Below, in pieces: positions 1-15,000 of a DNA stretch of 64,000 nucleotides (its first letter is position 1; each line of letters opens with the position of its first letter). This DNA comes from Yuukianura sp. NJ FZ-2021 (lineage: Eukaryota), in contig CM102287.1 in NCBI GenBank assembly GCA_046563655.1, positions 2,666,001 through 2,730,000 on the forward strand. Reading direction: 5' to 3'. A program made the translations under genes and the position numbers. Below the pieces are notes generated by a model. The model saw nothing but the letters and a program-made list of their open reading frames with translations, searched no databases and was not told the origin of the DNA.

Positions 1-58
1 AACACTTTCAAAATTTCTTTTTCAAAATTGACTTTTTTTTTTTTTTCAAAATTTTGAC

Positions 59-3000
59 CTGTGATCCATGGAGAGAATGCCGAGATCAAGTTTGTGTTTG
101 CTGTTGATTGTGACTTCTTTTTGTGGCGTTTCCAGCAGCGTCGGTGGGCCAAACGGCGTACAAAGTGCAAATAACGCCATTGGCTCTTCGCCTGACTTCC
201 GATTTTGGCCGTGCAGAATTCTCACCCGTCCACGAATGTCCAGTCTCTAAAAAACCAAAAACCAATTTTCAAAATTGTCAAAAAAAAACACAAAATTTTG
301 ACTTTTTTCAAATTACAGAATTCATAAGGTTTAGCTTTAAGCGAAAGTTGGACATTGAGATAAGAAAAATCAATGCAAGAATTGATTATTTTCCCCTAAA
401 ACTCTCTCTCTTTCTCTCGCTATGAGAAAAATTACAAAGGAAAATAGTTACTCCCTCCACTTCTGAGAAAATCCATGTTCAACTAATCTAAAAATCTTTA
501 AATCTCTACCTACCTTTTGGAAAGAGAAAACATTAAAACATTTTATCCACAAATTTATATTATTCTACTCTCTTTTTAATCTAAAATGGAAATCTATACG
601 AAACCAAAAGCTTCTCCTTTTATTCCGAAAACCAAAAGGCTCCTTTCCGTAAACCATAAAACAATGTACTAAATTCTCCATTTCCTATGTAACTAAAAGT
701 ACTCATAAAAACTTGGAAACTTTCTCCCCAATTTGCAAAACCAAGAAAAAATACTTTTTCGTTTTTTCTTGGTTTCTTGGAAGGAAAAAATCCGTTTTGT
801 TAAAAAATCAGTTTTGTAAAAAGAAAATGGTTTTGTTGAAAACGGTGCTGTGTTGCTGTGAATGCATGACGAAGTTCGGCGAAATCTGAAAAACAGGCTC
901 CTCTTTCTGTACTTGTTTCATTTTCTTTTTGACTGGTGGAGTGAAGTGACATTGACCTGGCTTCTGACTGTCGAGGTCAAAGGTCAAAGGTCAAGTGACT
1001 TACCAGGAACCCCGACGTGTTGTCCAGGAGACATCTAAATCTGACTGTGAATGACCTCTCCAGGAAATTAGCGTGCTCTGGAGTGTGAATTGCTTCTGGC
1101 AAGGTCATTCCGGACAATTCCGAAGGCAGAAATGCGTTCCACATCAACTGCCGCTGCAACTCTTCACGATCTTCCGAGTGCACCATTTCCCAAATAGACT
1201 GATGCACAATGTCGGACTGCAAAAATTAAAAAGCGGGAAAATTTAAAAACCCGGGTAATTTGTTGCCAATTTGTGCCGGAATTGCAGAAAACTAGAAAGT
1301 TTAGACAAAAAATCTTGAATTGTTTAAAAAAAAAGTTCTTGTGGATTTTATGCTTGCTGTGGTGAAAGTGATTAGTAAATTGTAGACAGTTGATGATTGT
1401 ATTTTGGTTTGACATGCAAGAAGTGTTTGTGCGTTTGTGACCTCCCGTGACCTGCCTCAACGTAAAGTTAAACAATGAATGGAAAAAGTGAGGTTGATTT
1501 GATTTGTGCATGGAATAATGCGTGTTAACACGCCTTACGTCCTTCACAATTTACTCATGTCCACATGCAAGTTCAATAAGAAAACGAAGCCTCACGTTCA
1601 CTAACCACGCATAACACGTTACGTTTTTACACAATTTTAAACCAATTTTAAAAAACAAGACAATTTTTAAAAAAAAATTTCAACCCCTGGAGCAAAATTT
1701 CTTAAAATTTTAGGATTTTGTAGGATTCATCGCAAAAATATGTTTAAATTTGACCTTCACTGGAAAAGTCAAGGTCAAAACTTTTCCTTTTGAGTTTGAG
1801 TTATTTGACCAAATTTTTTGTTTTGTGTTTTGAAAACACAAAATTGAAAACTCTTTTTTGAAAAAAAAAAACAACATTGAACTTGAGAATGTGGGCGAAA
1901 ATTAGTCTCATTAATCATGTTTTCTGTTTTGGGCTTGCCGTCTGTTCTGAGCGCATTTGAAATTCAAACGTTCCTTAAATACTTTTTGATTGTTTCACAA
2001 ACTTTGCCCACTTTTTCAAAACTTTTTTTAAATTCTAAAACATGCTTTTTAGAACAAATCGTTAGCCCAGGAGGAGGCCTTTCATTGTTGAAAAGAGAAT
2101 TCAAAAGCGAGACTTTATTAAGACATATTTCACACAAGGGGGTCGCGATATGTGCCTGGTGTCATCATAAATTCAATTCTCATAAGTGTCAAAACAACTT
2201 TTTCAAAAAACGGATTTCGAAATTTTGAAAACCAAGTTTACGAAATTTTGGAATCTTCTTAAGAGCGATTATTACCTGATGCATTCCGAGGTAGCACTCG
2301 ATGTTGTGAGTGGTGAAAAAAAGTTCTCCGTCGTCGCAGCTTATCATCAGCAAAAATCCATTAAGAGCCTGCAAAAAATGTTACAGAAAAAAAGTTTTAG
2401 ATGAAAAATTTAGCACAAAAAATGTAATACAGGATTTTTTTTTGGCGAAAACCGTTTTTGCACAAAATTTATGACTTTGGCCTATTTTTGCCCGTTTCCG
2501 TTCCATTTTCTGTGCTATTTTTCCCTTTCCAAAAACCTTTTCCAAGTTATCAGATTTTAGATTTCGAAATTTAGCCTTCGTCAAAATCCGAAAAATTTTG
2601 TGTTCCAAGTCTACTTTTCAAAACCGTTTTTTCTGGAGAGTTAAGTCATAACTTTTTTGAAATTTTGGTTCATGCTGATTTGAGAATCATAACTTCGCTG
2701 TTATAATCTCAGTTGGAAACTCTTCCACAAAAGGAATTCAAACATAAATGAAAATGAAAACAGAAATTTCAAGTTTCAATTTTAATTCAAACAGTAAAAA
2801 CATTCTGCAATAAATTCTAAACTACACTTTAAGTTTGTATCTAAAAAATGCTTTAAAGACTCCACTTTTCCTCGAATCGGATATTCATTTGTGTTCAATT
2901 TTTTCTAAATTGGTGAAATTATGAAGCGTAACTCCCCTCCGAATCATATCGACTTTTGAAAAGTGAAAATCCTCCAACGTGAGCTTTTGAGCATGGACTA

Positions 3001-6000
3001 GACTTTGGTGTACTTTTTTGGAACTGGACGGACAGAGTCAGTTGCCCCACCGTGACATCTGATTTATTGACTGAATTTGTACCTGCCATCTCCACCATTA
3101 GTCATCAACAGAAGCAAAACACCTCAGTCCATGCCTAACCTTAACTTAACTCTCACCAGGCACAAAAACTAACTTTTAAAAAGTTCAAATGTTCTAAAAG
3201 GAATTGTTCAGAACAAGTCATTAGAACAAACGCTACAACAATATCATTTTTAAAAGACAGACGAACCATCTGAATAATTGTTCCTTCAGGGCCCCCAGTC
3301 TCCCTTAACTTCTCCTCGTCTCACAACAAAAGTGATTACGAAGTTTGAAAAAAGCACTTTTTTTTTATTTTTGAACAACATTTTAAAACTAAAACCGCAA
3401 AAATCCACTGGGAATCTTCGACGCTTTAAAAATGTTCTTAGCGAAGCTTCATGAATCTGTTTGAACGGCGTTAAAATTTGACAAATTTTTGTCCAATGTT
3501 TTTAAAATTGTTCAAAAATGTGTTTGCCGAAAGTGTTTTTTTAATTTTCTGTTCTTTTTTTTTTAAATTTTGGACTGAAATAGTAATTTGTTTTGTGTGA
3601 GCAAATAGGCACATGTGAGTTGATTGATGAACATCATTTGTTACTCACCTTGCAAATTAAATTAACTATTTTTTACACATTCATCTTCACCACGTTTCAT
3701 TTTTTTCAAAAGTCACAAAAAACTGTTCAATTTTCTATCTGTCAATACAAAACATCAACCTCCCCTCAATTTCATACTGCGGAGGTCAACGAACACACTT
3801 TTTTGAAAATTAAATTTTAGAAAAAAACTGAAACAACCACTACAGAATTCTCTGTTTCTCCCATCTCATGTCTAATTTGAATTGTGAAAGTTGTGAATTT
3901 TGAAAATTTTGAAAACGAATTTAGAATTTGTCAAAAGTAGGGTCTATTTTTTTAAATTACTGGAAGATGCTTTTTGTTTGTTAGAGTTGGAGTGGCCTGG
4001 AGGAAGTTGGATTGTGCTGTTGTAAATTTGGTTTGAATTCACTTTTGTTTAAGTTGATGTTGAATTGTCATGCAATCAGAGGAATCTGATCCCTCTGTCT
4101 GCCGAACCAGTAGCGATGCCCACCAATTACTTTTCCAAATCCACGTGCCCAACGCAAAAACAATTTCAACTAATTCGCAAAACTTAACCTTAAGCTCCAA
4201 CTTTTTCAAAAGAAAACACACATAGAAAGTTGAGTTTCGGATGAAAATTTTGTCCTTAATCAAACTTTCCCAAAATTTCTCCAAAGAAAGGAGAAAGCAA
4301 AAGAAATGGCAAAACTTTTTTGATTAAAAAAACCCTTCTTTTCCTCCCTCCGTTCTGCCTTCACACTCAATGTCAAAGTTCATATAAAAATCAATGCCGA
4401 TTCTACTACTAAACATATTTATATATTTATATTACATATTAAAATATATTAATATTAATATATTATATAAAATTTACCTGTAGGAACATTTCTCCGTCGA
4501 GTGGCGTGTGGTCATAGGCCGTAAGAGCTATGTGATCTCGATTTCGGTAATCCACAACATCATCCTTGTCGCGCAGCATCGATCCTGCAAAAATTTCAAA
4601 ATTCAGTCTCAAAATTTGAAGAACCTACAAAAAATTTCAAAATTCACTTTCAAAATTTGAAGAATTCGCCAAGTTATATTACCTTCGTCGTCCATCGATT
4701 GTATTCGACTTCATTTTTTTTTCAACAACGAACCAAAATTTTGATTTTTTATGTTCTTTTTTTGTGAGTTTGAGAGAATTCTGATGGCGGAGGCATGAAT
4801 TCCCTTTGGATTGGTTGTTATTGTGTTTTTGTTGAAGACAAAAGAAAATTGGTATAAAAATTACATATGTTGGGATGAACAAAAGGAAAAAATGGAAGAA
4901 GTAAACTCGTTTCGCTTGGAGAGAATGGGAGGAAATTATACGTTCAGTTCCCTTGTTCCTATCGACAGTTTCTTAACAATTTCTGAAACTCTTTCACAAA
5001 AAACACAAACCATCATTATCTTCCTCCATCACTTTTTTTTGTTCTAAAAATCAAGGCTACAATCAAAGTTTTAGTCTCTCAAACCCTTATCCAAAATTAC
5101 TTCTATAGTCTCACAACTAAAAACCAGCCAAAAGAGTGTTCTGACTTTTCAAAATCAATATCAAAAAATCATTTTTTGGAAGAAAATTTGAAAATTTCAG
5201 AGTAGTCTGAACAATTGAGTTGGAATTTGGGCAATTTGGGATGTGAAGAGTGAAATGTGAAAAGAGAGCCGCACCCTGTGTGCCATGATCCTTAATCTAG
5301 AATCGATGAGAAATAAATTGAGTCCATAAGGTAAAAGCATACGTTAGGCTAGCGTCGTTAGGTTATGCCAGTAGGCACGTGTAGCCTTTAAGGTTTTCGT
5401 TAGGTTAGTTAGGTTAGTGTTTTTGTATCTCGCTTTCTCCCCTCCGAACATTAAGGAGTAATTAAGAATAGAAAGAGAGGATTGACAAAGGGCCCAGCGA
5501 CCCCTTCATGTTATTCCAACTCCCCCATAGTGCTTTCTCCACAAGACGCCTAGCCTAACCAACCTAATGCTAGCCTAACCAAACCTATTTTCAGCCTGAC
5601 ATGAGTTTCAACCCAGGTAGATTTCCGATTTCCCTGGGAAAAGACCCGGGAGAAGGCCAAAACTCCCGGGACACACGCCGCTTATCAACTATTTCCACAT
5701 AAACGATCTTCCCTTTCTCTCAACATGTCGTAGTTAAGCTAGTTAGGTTTGTTAGGCTAACAAATCCAATAACCTAACATTTTCACCCTAAATTTTACGA
5801 CATAAGGCTAGTTTTCTACCTGAGAGTTTCGTGGACTTGTCAATCCCTTGATCCCCCTTCAACTCCTGCTGAGCACAATATTAACTCTTTGAGTCCAAAT
5901 GAACCGAAAAAAGTAGAATTAAAACCGAATTCGGTGAAAAGCGGACTTAGTCACTTCCAGTTTCAGAAGTGAACGTGGTTCGCCTGCGGGGGCGAATAAA

Positions 6001-9000
6001 TCAAGGGAGTTATGTTGATTTGTGTTATTTGACAACTAAGGGAGGAGGGTTAATCTTTTGACTCTGTTAAATTCTGCTTTTACTTATTTTGGACTCAGCT
6101 TAAGCTCTAAACTTGAGTCAATAAATTTCAAAACACTTGACAGGTCAGGTCACTTCCATCCAGGAGCTGCAAATAGGCTTAACATAACTTCCAACCAATC
6201 AGCTTACACAAAGAAAAACAACTAAATTTTCAAAACATAAGAAATAGAAAGCAGATTTTCATAAAAATAGAATAGAAAAATCAAAAAAAAAATGGAAAAT
6301 ACCGTATTTCAAGGCGTATAACGCGCCCTAAAATACTATAATTCCTGGCAAATATAAATCAAAACAAAAAAAAATTTTTTTTGTACAGAATTTGAATCGT
6401 TCTTCCATTGGTGCTAACTGCTTAGTGTATGTTGTTAGTGCTAGCGGTAGCTTCATTTTTTTGAAACTAAAGTTCGTGATAGCGTGATGTTGAGTATTTG
6501 GTTGCCGAAGGTGTTGACGGCGTGTCTTTCAAATATTTCCCAGCACGACTTTAGCCAAATACGAAACTCAATTCATTCCCGTTTTAGTAGCAAAAGTAGA
6601 AGAGAGCTTCTTAATTCAACTTTGACCTCATGAACTTACGCATGCAAACTCCATCTCAAAACCTGTTGAAATTGAGTCAATACTTTTCAAAATTTTGAAT
6701 TTCCCGTTTCTCTATTTTAATTCTTCGGCGCAGACTGTTCCTTCTCGGTGGTACAATTTATCGGAGCAGACTGTTGTCAAATTAAATCGTCCAATTTAAA
6801 AAGTAAAGAGGCAGGTCATGCTGTGCTGTCAATTCTTTAGTTTTATTAAAGCAAAAACTGAGTTCCTGTCTTAAAATTGCAGAAATTTGTAGACTGAAGT
6901 AAAAAGTTGATTTAAAGCGGGAGTAAGAAGGCGCAATTTTCGCATGTCTTTTTCTCTTTTAAAGTTGAGTGCGGAATCGTTTTGTAATTGTGAATAAAAT
7001 ATAGTTTTGTGTTGGTAGTGTGTAAATCGGCGAGTTGTCTTTCGTTGTTGCTTAATTACAGGTTACACACCTCTCATTATACTTCACTCTTCTTCCACTT
7101 TGTGAACCACAATCAATTCCAAGCAAAAGTAGGAGAGAGCGACCAAGAAACCATGAACACCAACGTATTTTGAAAAAATTGAATTTTTTAAACTCATTTT
7201 GGAACTAATTTCTCATGATCTTCTTTTGAACTGAAGTGGAACAAGGAGCATCTGAAAATCCAAGGTTTTTAAACGGATTTTCTTAAAACGGAATTTGAAA
7301 AGTTGCTTCATTTTCTGTCATTTTAAAAGGTTTAGATTTAGATTGAGTTTTTGTTTTAAAAAGTGTGGCTTAACTTGTCACTTTAAGTTACACAAAAGGT
7401 GTCAAGCTGAGTGACACAGGAGACAACTGTCGCCAGTCAAAACACAAAAAGTAGCTTATCAAATTGAAATTTCGAAATTTCTAAATCAAATCCAAAATCC
7501 AATTTTGGAAAACTCCATGCATAACAGTGAGAAATCTAAATTTGCGGAGAAAGTTTCAAAGAAATTTTGGCAAAATTTTAAAGCGACGGTAAACTTTTTC
7601 AATAAACTTTGTTTTTGTTAAAGAAGTTTTGTTGAACTTTTTAGTTTTTTGGTAAAACACAATTTGGGGTGTAAATTGCCAAGATGAAAGAAATTATGAT
7701 GTGCTAAGAGAAAGAGATTGATGAAGTGCCATATTTTTTTTGCAAACTTCCAAATTGCCAATTTTCACATGTAGAGAAGAATCTTCAACAAATCTAAGCT
7801 GGTGCATAGTTTTTTGTGCAAATTTGATTGGTCCAGCTTCCGAAGTTTTGCAAATGACATAACTTTGGGAGAATTATCGTTTTTGCCAGGAATTGCGAAA
7901 AGGTCAAAGGCCAACAAACTGTTTCTTGCGCTGCAGCTAGCCTTGGTACTAAAATTTTCAAACTTTTTTCCGTGTCAATTTTTTGTTCACAGCCCAATCA
8001 TGATCAAAGTTCTCAGACGTTAATTACTAGTTAGTTTTTAGTGTCTTCAAAATTAACTCTGTGTAAAAAGCTACACCAAATCCTAACATTGAAAAAACCT
8101 ATGTTTTAGGCTCTGGGTCTAAAAAGTTTTTATAACCTAACAAAGCGTCGTAAAATCTTTTAATACTCACATCGTACTTTTGGAAATGTTTGGAAATTGC
8201 TGAAATTACACGAGAGAAATTGCAAGGCGGATGATTCTCGTTCTCTCTTTAGTACCGTGTTGATGACTTCATTATCCTCACACATCCAAAAACTAAAAAA
8301 AACTGAGAAAAAGCAGAAAAAAGCACTTTTTCAAATTCAAACAGCCCCGCCTTAAAACATTGCCACTGGGAACGACAACGGCTGCTCGCTCTTTAAAAAA
8401 AAACGAACCCATCTTCATAAATTTCAAATTTACTACTTTCCAAAATTTCAAATAAAAACAGTAACAACTCCCAAATTCATTACTTCTGCAACTGCAGAAA
8501 TCCAACTTTAAGAAAAGCGCAAAATCTGTGCAATTTCAACTTTAGATTTTCTGGTACGATGGATTTTGCAAAATTTCAGCACAATTTGCAAATAATTGCG
8601 AGTCTTTATGATGGCCTTGATTTTACTTTAACTCTGCTTCCGTGTAAGGGCGGATAAGCAGTGCCGTTTTTATGACTGGTTTTGCACTGTTTGCAAAATT
8701 ATTTTGGCGCAATTTTCCTCTGTTCTGAGTAAGTGCTTGTGCAAATTTCTTTCAAGTTGAACTTCTTCTTCTTAAACCCTATGATTAGGAGGAGAAGATA
8801 CGTCAATCAAATCCCGTCTTCTCCCTCTTTGTCGTAATTATTTAAATTTGACGCGCAATTTAACGTAAAATGGAACAACAACAAAAAAAAGAGTAACAAA
8901 CACGTTTTTAGCAAAAGACGGTTTTCAATTTGCAAAATTTCGCAAATCTGCCATTCACAAATTTAATTTTTGCAAGTGTTTTTCCTTGTTTTTATTTGCA

Positions 9001-12000
9001 TTAGTTAAGGAATGGTTTTCCGTTGAAAAGCTTTAAATACGTAGTCTCTGCGTGTTTTTTTTTAGAAAAAGTGAGGAATTTTAAAGATTTAGGATTTAGT
9101 TTTGAATTTTGTTCCTTGGATTAGCTTTAATTATGGTTCTGAGAGTAAGAAAAACTAATTTGGTTTGAATATTTGCTTTTCCTGGACAAAAAATTGTTAG
9201 ATTTTCTTAGATTTGGGAAATCTAAGGGCCGCAAAGTTTGATTTTCACCTGAAAACGAGAAAGTTTCGGTTGAAAAGCAGAAACTTTTCTACTTTCCTTT
9301 GCTTTTACCGCTTGGTTTCAATTCTTTTGTACTAAATTTTGTATGAAATTTGTGGAAGTAGTGAATTGTATGTAGTTTTATGAAATTCCACCCCTTACAC
9401 GAGTAAATGGTTTGAGTGACATGGATCTACACGCCGTCCCTCTTATTAATGAGCTCCTCAATCGATACGCTCGCTTTCTCTCTAACTTTCTCCTTCGGCA
9501 GGAAAACTAATGGAGTTCTAGCACCGAGCACAACATTCTATGTCTGCCTTACTTCAACCTAACATTTCACAAAAGTACAAAAATATAATAATAATATAAT
9601 ATAAAAATATTAATTAATGTAATAAATCATAAAAATACAATATAAATATTGAATTCTGTTCATGAAAGATGTCACTGATCTTTTCAGAAAGTTCCGATAG
9701 GAGGAAAATTTTCAACTTTTTTCATTTGGCTTCGAAGTGTATTAAAAATTTAAAACTAAAGATTCCTTGGTTTTGTTTGTACGACGAGAAGGATTGAGTG
9801 ATTGGAGTGTAGGAGGAAATCGATTGGAGAGGCAATTGACCTCTGACCTTTCAGAAATTTTGGATTTGAAATTTCGAAATTTGAAAATTCCTGGATGCCT
9901 TATAAGCGTATTTGGAGCCAAGGGCGAGAGGTGTAATTAAGAGAGTTCTGTCTTGATGAGCCTCAAGACGCCTCTGCCTCAAAATTCTACTTTTGAAAAA
10001 TTGGATGGGCAGGAACACCAGGAAAAAACAAAGCATGAAAAATTTGTCGGCATTTTCATGTTTAAACTTTCAAGAAATCATAAAACACCGTAAATCCCAC
10101 AATACCATCTGGAAATCCAATCTAAGAAAAAACTGTTTTCAATTTTGAATCTTCCAGTTTCGAAATATTTTGCAAATTTTGAATTCATTAACAGAGTGGA
10201 CATTCAGTCAAACTGAAAACTGAAAAAACATTTCTTGATGCGTTTGCTACTAATCTTTCTCTTGTATGACTTTAAATCTGTGCAAACTTTTAAATTTGGA
10301 TTTGCCAACTTTTACTTTTGGTGAAAGTTACATCGTAGTTGGGAATGTGAGTGGAATGACTCAAAATACTTCAAAATCAATGTTTTTTATGATTTTTTTT
10401 TAATTTTTTCTCCGATTTTTTGTTCTTTTTAAAAGTCTACCCGGCGCCTCTTCTAAAAAAACTGCTCTTCTTCCTGAATCTTCTTCGAGAAAAAAGTTGT
10501 TCTAGATTTCGAAATCTCCTTAATTTCCTCGGATTCTCCCACAGAATCTCTTGTGTACCTTTGATCTTCCGGAATTCGAAGTTTGAAATTTGTAAAAGTA
10601 GTTGTTATAATGGTTGTGTTTTTGAAGGTAGAGGAATGGGAGGTGAAGGTATGATTAAGTAGAATTAGATCTCCTCCATTTTATCTCCAACCACTTCCAA
10701 TCATTTCCTCTGATAAATTCCACATCTCCCATCATTATCCTTCATCTTCCAAATCACAAACTACAAGACGCAATCTCCACTTTACTTTGAATCTCTACCG
10801 TCATTGGACCCCTTCTCAACATTGTCACAGCCTCCTCCTCCCTTTGCAAAATCATCTCTCCCCTACTTCAGATCCGATTTCAGGATGCTCAAACTCCCTA
10901 GCAACATCATAGCAACGGACTTTTTCAAAATGGAGTCTCAAAACGCTCAAAAACTTACAAAAAACCTGACAATTTAGCAAAAATTTCATTTTCAAAAACT
11001 ATCACGCAAAACGTACCTTAATATTCTGATTTTAAGTTAGACTAAGATAGTTCAGAAAAAAAGAAAAATGGCAGTGAAAGTAAAAAAAATTAGAAATTGT
11101 GGAGGTTTTTACGATTAACTTTCTCTAGAAACTTGAAAAGTTTTGTTTTTGGAAATTCTGGAAGTTAGGTTTCAAAAGTTCGAGTTCGTTTTGTCGGAAA
11201 AGTTAGTTAGTCTGAGGATTTTAAGATTAGGTGAAGGTTTACTTTAGGTTTTTGTTAGATTCACATTAGGTTTTTGTTATGTTAGACCATTGGTTGGGTT
11301 TGTAAGAGAAAGGAAAGAGCTTTCTCCGGTCCAATAATTTATTATTGCTTAAGTTCTAGTGCTCGTTAGCGTAGAAAGCAAGAGTTTAAAAGTGGCTTAA
11401 GCTTAGTTTGGGTCTTTTGAAAGGAGAGCGGAAGGAGAGACTCAATTTATTGATTGCCTCCTTCTGAGCACACGGAAAGGCGCAGGAGAGGGAGTCTTTT
11501 GAGTTAGCCTAACCTTAGTCTAACGTTAGCCTAAGCTCACTTTCACTCATGCTTAGCCTAACTTTCCAAGGAAAGCAGCTTACAACTTGGAATCTCCACC
11601 AACAATTCCCTCTTTGTCTCTCTCCCGACCAATTTCATTTCAACTCCAATTTGCCAGTCGGAAGTTAATTCAACTCCAATCTACTTTCCCAAATGAAACA
11701 AATTAACATTATTAGCCTAACTTCATCCTAACAACATAACTTAGTTTCAACTAACAGAACTTTCACTGTTTCACTTTCACTGTAAGTCGAAGTCTTGGAG
11801 CTGCTTAGTTTCAAAATTTCGAAATTGATTTTGGATCAAAATCCATCATGATAAACACAAGTCAGCTTTTGACATTTGAGTTCCCGTTGCAATCCATCTT
11901 CGGAGCATCTTTCACAATCCCATCTCAAAAACTGTTTCAGAAAAAATTGGGGAGAAATTTCATAAAAGACTTCGAGAGAAAAGAAATTGTTGAAAAAGTG

Positions 12001-15000
12001 AAAGCCAGCTAATGGAAAATTCCAATAAATTGGAAGCAGGAGGAACTTTATGGCATTTTGGAAATGGAGTGCGAGGGAAACGATACACACATAACACAGC
12101 TTACATTAGGTTTTAGCCTAAGTCTATGTTTTAGACTATGTTTTATGTTTTAGACTATACTTTATGTTTTAGACATGACTATAGTTATGTTTTAGACTAT
12201 AAGTTAGGTTATGTTTTTCACTTTCTCCGAGTTTAGTCTGACTTTCCCTGTGTTATCCCTTGGGAATTGAGAAGATGTCCATTAGTATCTCTCGTATAGC
12301 CCAAAAAGGACTTGAACTCAGACTCCTTCTCTGCTCACAATTGGAAGTCTAATGTCCTCCAGTCACGAAATACACTTTACTCATTCACCAAAATACAAAA
12401 CATACCCTAACAAAGGAATTAGAAACTTAAAACTAGGCAGGAATTAATTAAAACAGTTAGCACTCTCATATCCAAACATAACAAATGATTTCATTAACCA
12501 AATTTTAATTAACGCAATTCTTTAAACTCCCCGACTTTTAATTACAATTAATTCAAAACCAGACGTTCTTCAATTTTCAATTTGAATTTATGCATAGTAG
12601 TTGCGTCACAGAAATTTTAATTTCTCATTCTATTTAGAAGATGAAACCTATACAGGTTTTGATGTCGCTAGTGGAGCCGTTTTGGAACCGAGAGAGATGG
12701 AAGTTTCCGTTTTCAAAATTCAAAATTTTACTTTTTTTTTGATAATTTTGAAAAGAGGTTTCATTTTGGTGGAGTGGGTCCATTTTTTGAGATGGGAATG
12801 GTTTTTGTGCTTTCACCTTAGTATGTTAGGTTATGTGCTTTCACCTTAGTATGTTATGTTATGTGCTTTCACTTTATGTTGTTCGGAATGAGGCATAAGG
12901 TGAAAGTGGAGTGGAGTGTATTTTTTATGTGCTTTTCCTAAAAGAGCGGACACAAGGCTGCATTGATCCTGGCAGGGTGACTGGAAGTCTTTTTCTCCGA
13001 ATTCGGAGCGAGAGAGGGAGAATTCGGAGTAATGGGGCCTCCATTTGTGTCGGAGCAGAAAGAAAGTGGAGCAATAAATATCACAGGCTGAATTTCACTT
13101 TTAATCAACAAGAAAGCACTCTCCTCCTCCACTAGTTCCAAAAAGCTACTTTCAAAAAACAGAATTTCAAAAAAAAAATAATTTTTTTTTTAAAAAAAAC
13201 GGAGAAAGTTGCTTTCTCCAATAAATAGAGCCAAGAGAGAGACAGAGACAGAGAGGGCAAAGATAAAGAATTGCCATAAGAGGCTATATTCTTATGGCTA
13301 TTCTTTGCACAACGGGTCGCAGCAAACTAATTACTGACTTTCGAAAAACAACTGCACAAAAGAATACTTTTTTAATCGGAATCTAAGTCTTAAATTGATT
13401 TCGAAAATTTTAGTTTAGTTTAAGTTGGTTTTGTTGGTGATAGTTTCCATTGCAGTTAGTTAATCAGCCGAAGGTGGAGAAATTAATTTGCGACATAAAT
13501 GGCTGTTGTTTTCGTTTTTGACTGAGTTTGTGGGTGGGTGTTTTTTGTAATTTTGGAATTAGAGAGTATTTCTGCAGTATCCCAGTTGGTTTTTCCAGGT
13601 GAGCGGAGGGAGTAACTATAATGACGGAGTCGGCTGGAGTTGGAATGAAATATTCAGTTGCTCTCCCACGTCAAAATAGAAGAGAGATGATACTGGGCGA
13701 ATGAGGGCATTAACATCCTAATTAATGTCATCGTCACTCCGCCAGGAAACTTTGGATCCATCTCCACAATCAGCTAATTACGTTTCAAACAGCTTCCACG
13801 AAATCCATTAACTCTTTCCAAAAACAGAGCAACTCAAACTTACATTTCAAACGATAATTCTCACCTTTGACCTTTTCAAATTACTGAAAACTTTTTTGAA
13901 TCTTTTGAAAATTTTGAATTTTGTTTTTGAAAATACAGGTTTTGCCTGTGAGTCAAAGGTGAAAGTGGATAGAGTGATATGAATGTGAGTGATGAAGATG
14001 TGACAGAAGCCGACAGGATGATGAATCATGGGAACAGGAACACAAGAACCTTTAGTCTCCCTATCAAGGCTCATTTACTCCTCAAACCAAGGGACCTTAA
14101 GTCCCCCCCCCCCAGAAGGGGGGCTTTCTATGGATTTTACCTGGAGGAAGTACCCCCCACCCCTTCAGTATTCCCGGTTCCTGCTGGTGGAGGAAAGAGA
14201 AAGCAATCGGCTAATCAAAACAAATGAGATTCTATTGATCTACAAAATTTACTTTCACGGGAAGCGTTTGGCGCCGTAAAACAAAATTTCTGTTCCTCGA
14301 ACGCTCTAAAGTAAATTTTCAGTTTTCGAATACTTTTCCACGTAGTAGTGTCAAAGGTCATGTGAATAAGTGTGTCAGTGTGGACTGCCAAAACGAATAA
14401 GTGTTGATGATGTTGATGTAAAGCATAGCTGCAGGAGGTCCATTGTGTCCGAGTCACTAGGACCCTTAAGGGCTCACCTCAACTCAAGAAGCCCTTCGAA
14501 GGGTCCCCGCAGGGGCCCTTACAGTCACCGTTCTTTGAAATCCACACCACCGATTCATTCCGAACTATTTGCGAAGTGGTAGCGAAAATATCTCAAAAAA
14601 TTTGAATCTCCGAAAAAAATTTGATTTTCTTAACCATTTTTCTCTCTCAATACCTCGTTAAAAATGGTTTTTGTTTTAGAAAATCAATTTGTGTAATCAA
14701 TAAGGAGAAGGCGGTGGGTGAATTAAAACGTGAAAACAATATATCACTTTGCGATCTGTTTCAAAGGGGCCCTTTGCAGGGCTCCCCCTCCACCATCTGC
14801 TGAAGCCAAGGGCTCTGACTCACATAGCAAGTCAATTCGGAAGTAATTTGTCCCTGCCTCGTCCCGTTCTCCGCTTTAGTTCTAAATCGCCTAATTTACT
14901 AATGAATGAAGTACAGTCGCTATTTACTCAAACCAAGGTCCACTTTGTGCTCAAATGTGACTCCAAATTAGTTACAACTCAAACTCAGCTTACTAAATTT

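Noticed and set aside
4414..4475. Almost pure A/T stretches (also ~9581-9650, ~25830-25895, ~62660-62750)
   Set aside because: Low-complexity DNA with no definable structure beyond composition.
5630..12270. EBF/Collier-like sites (TTCCCTGGGAA at ~5630, TCCCTTGGGA at ~12256)
   Set aside because: Two isolated short matches, too few to separate from chance.
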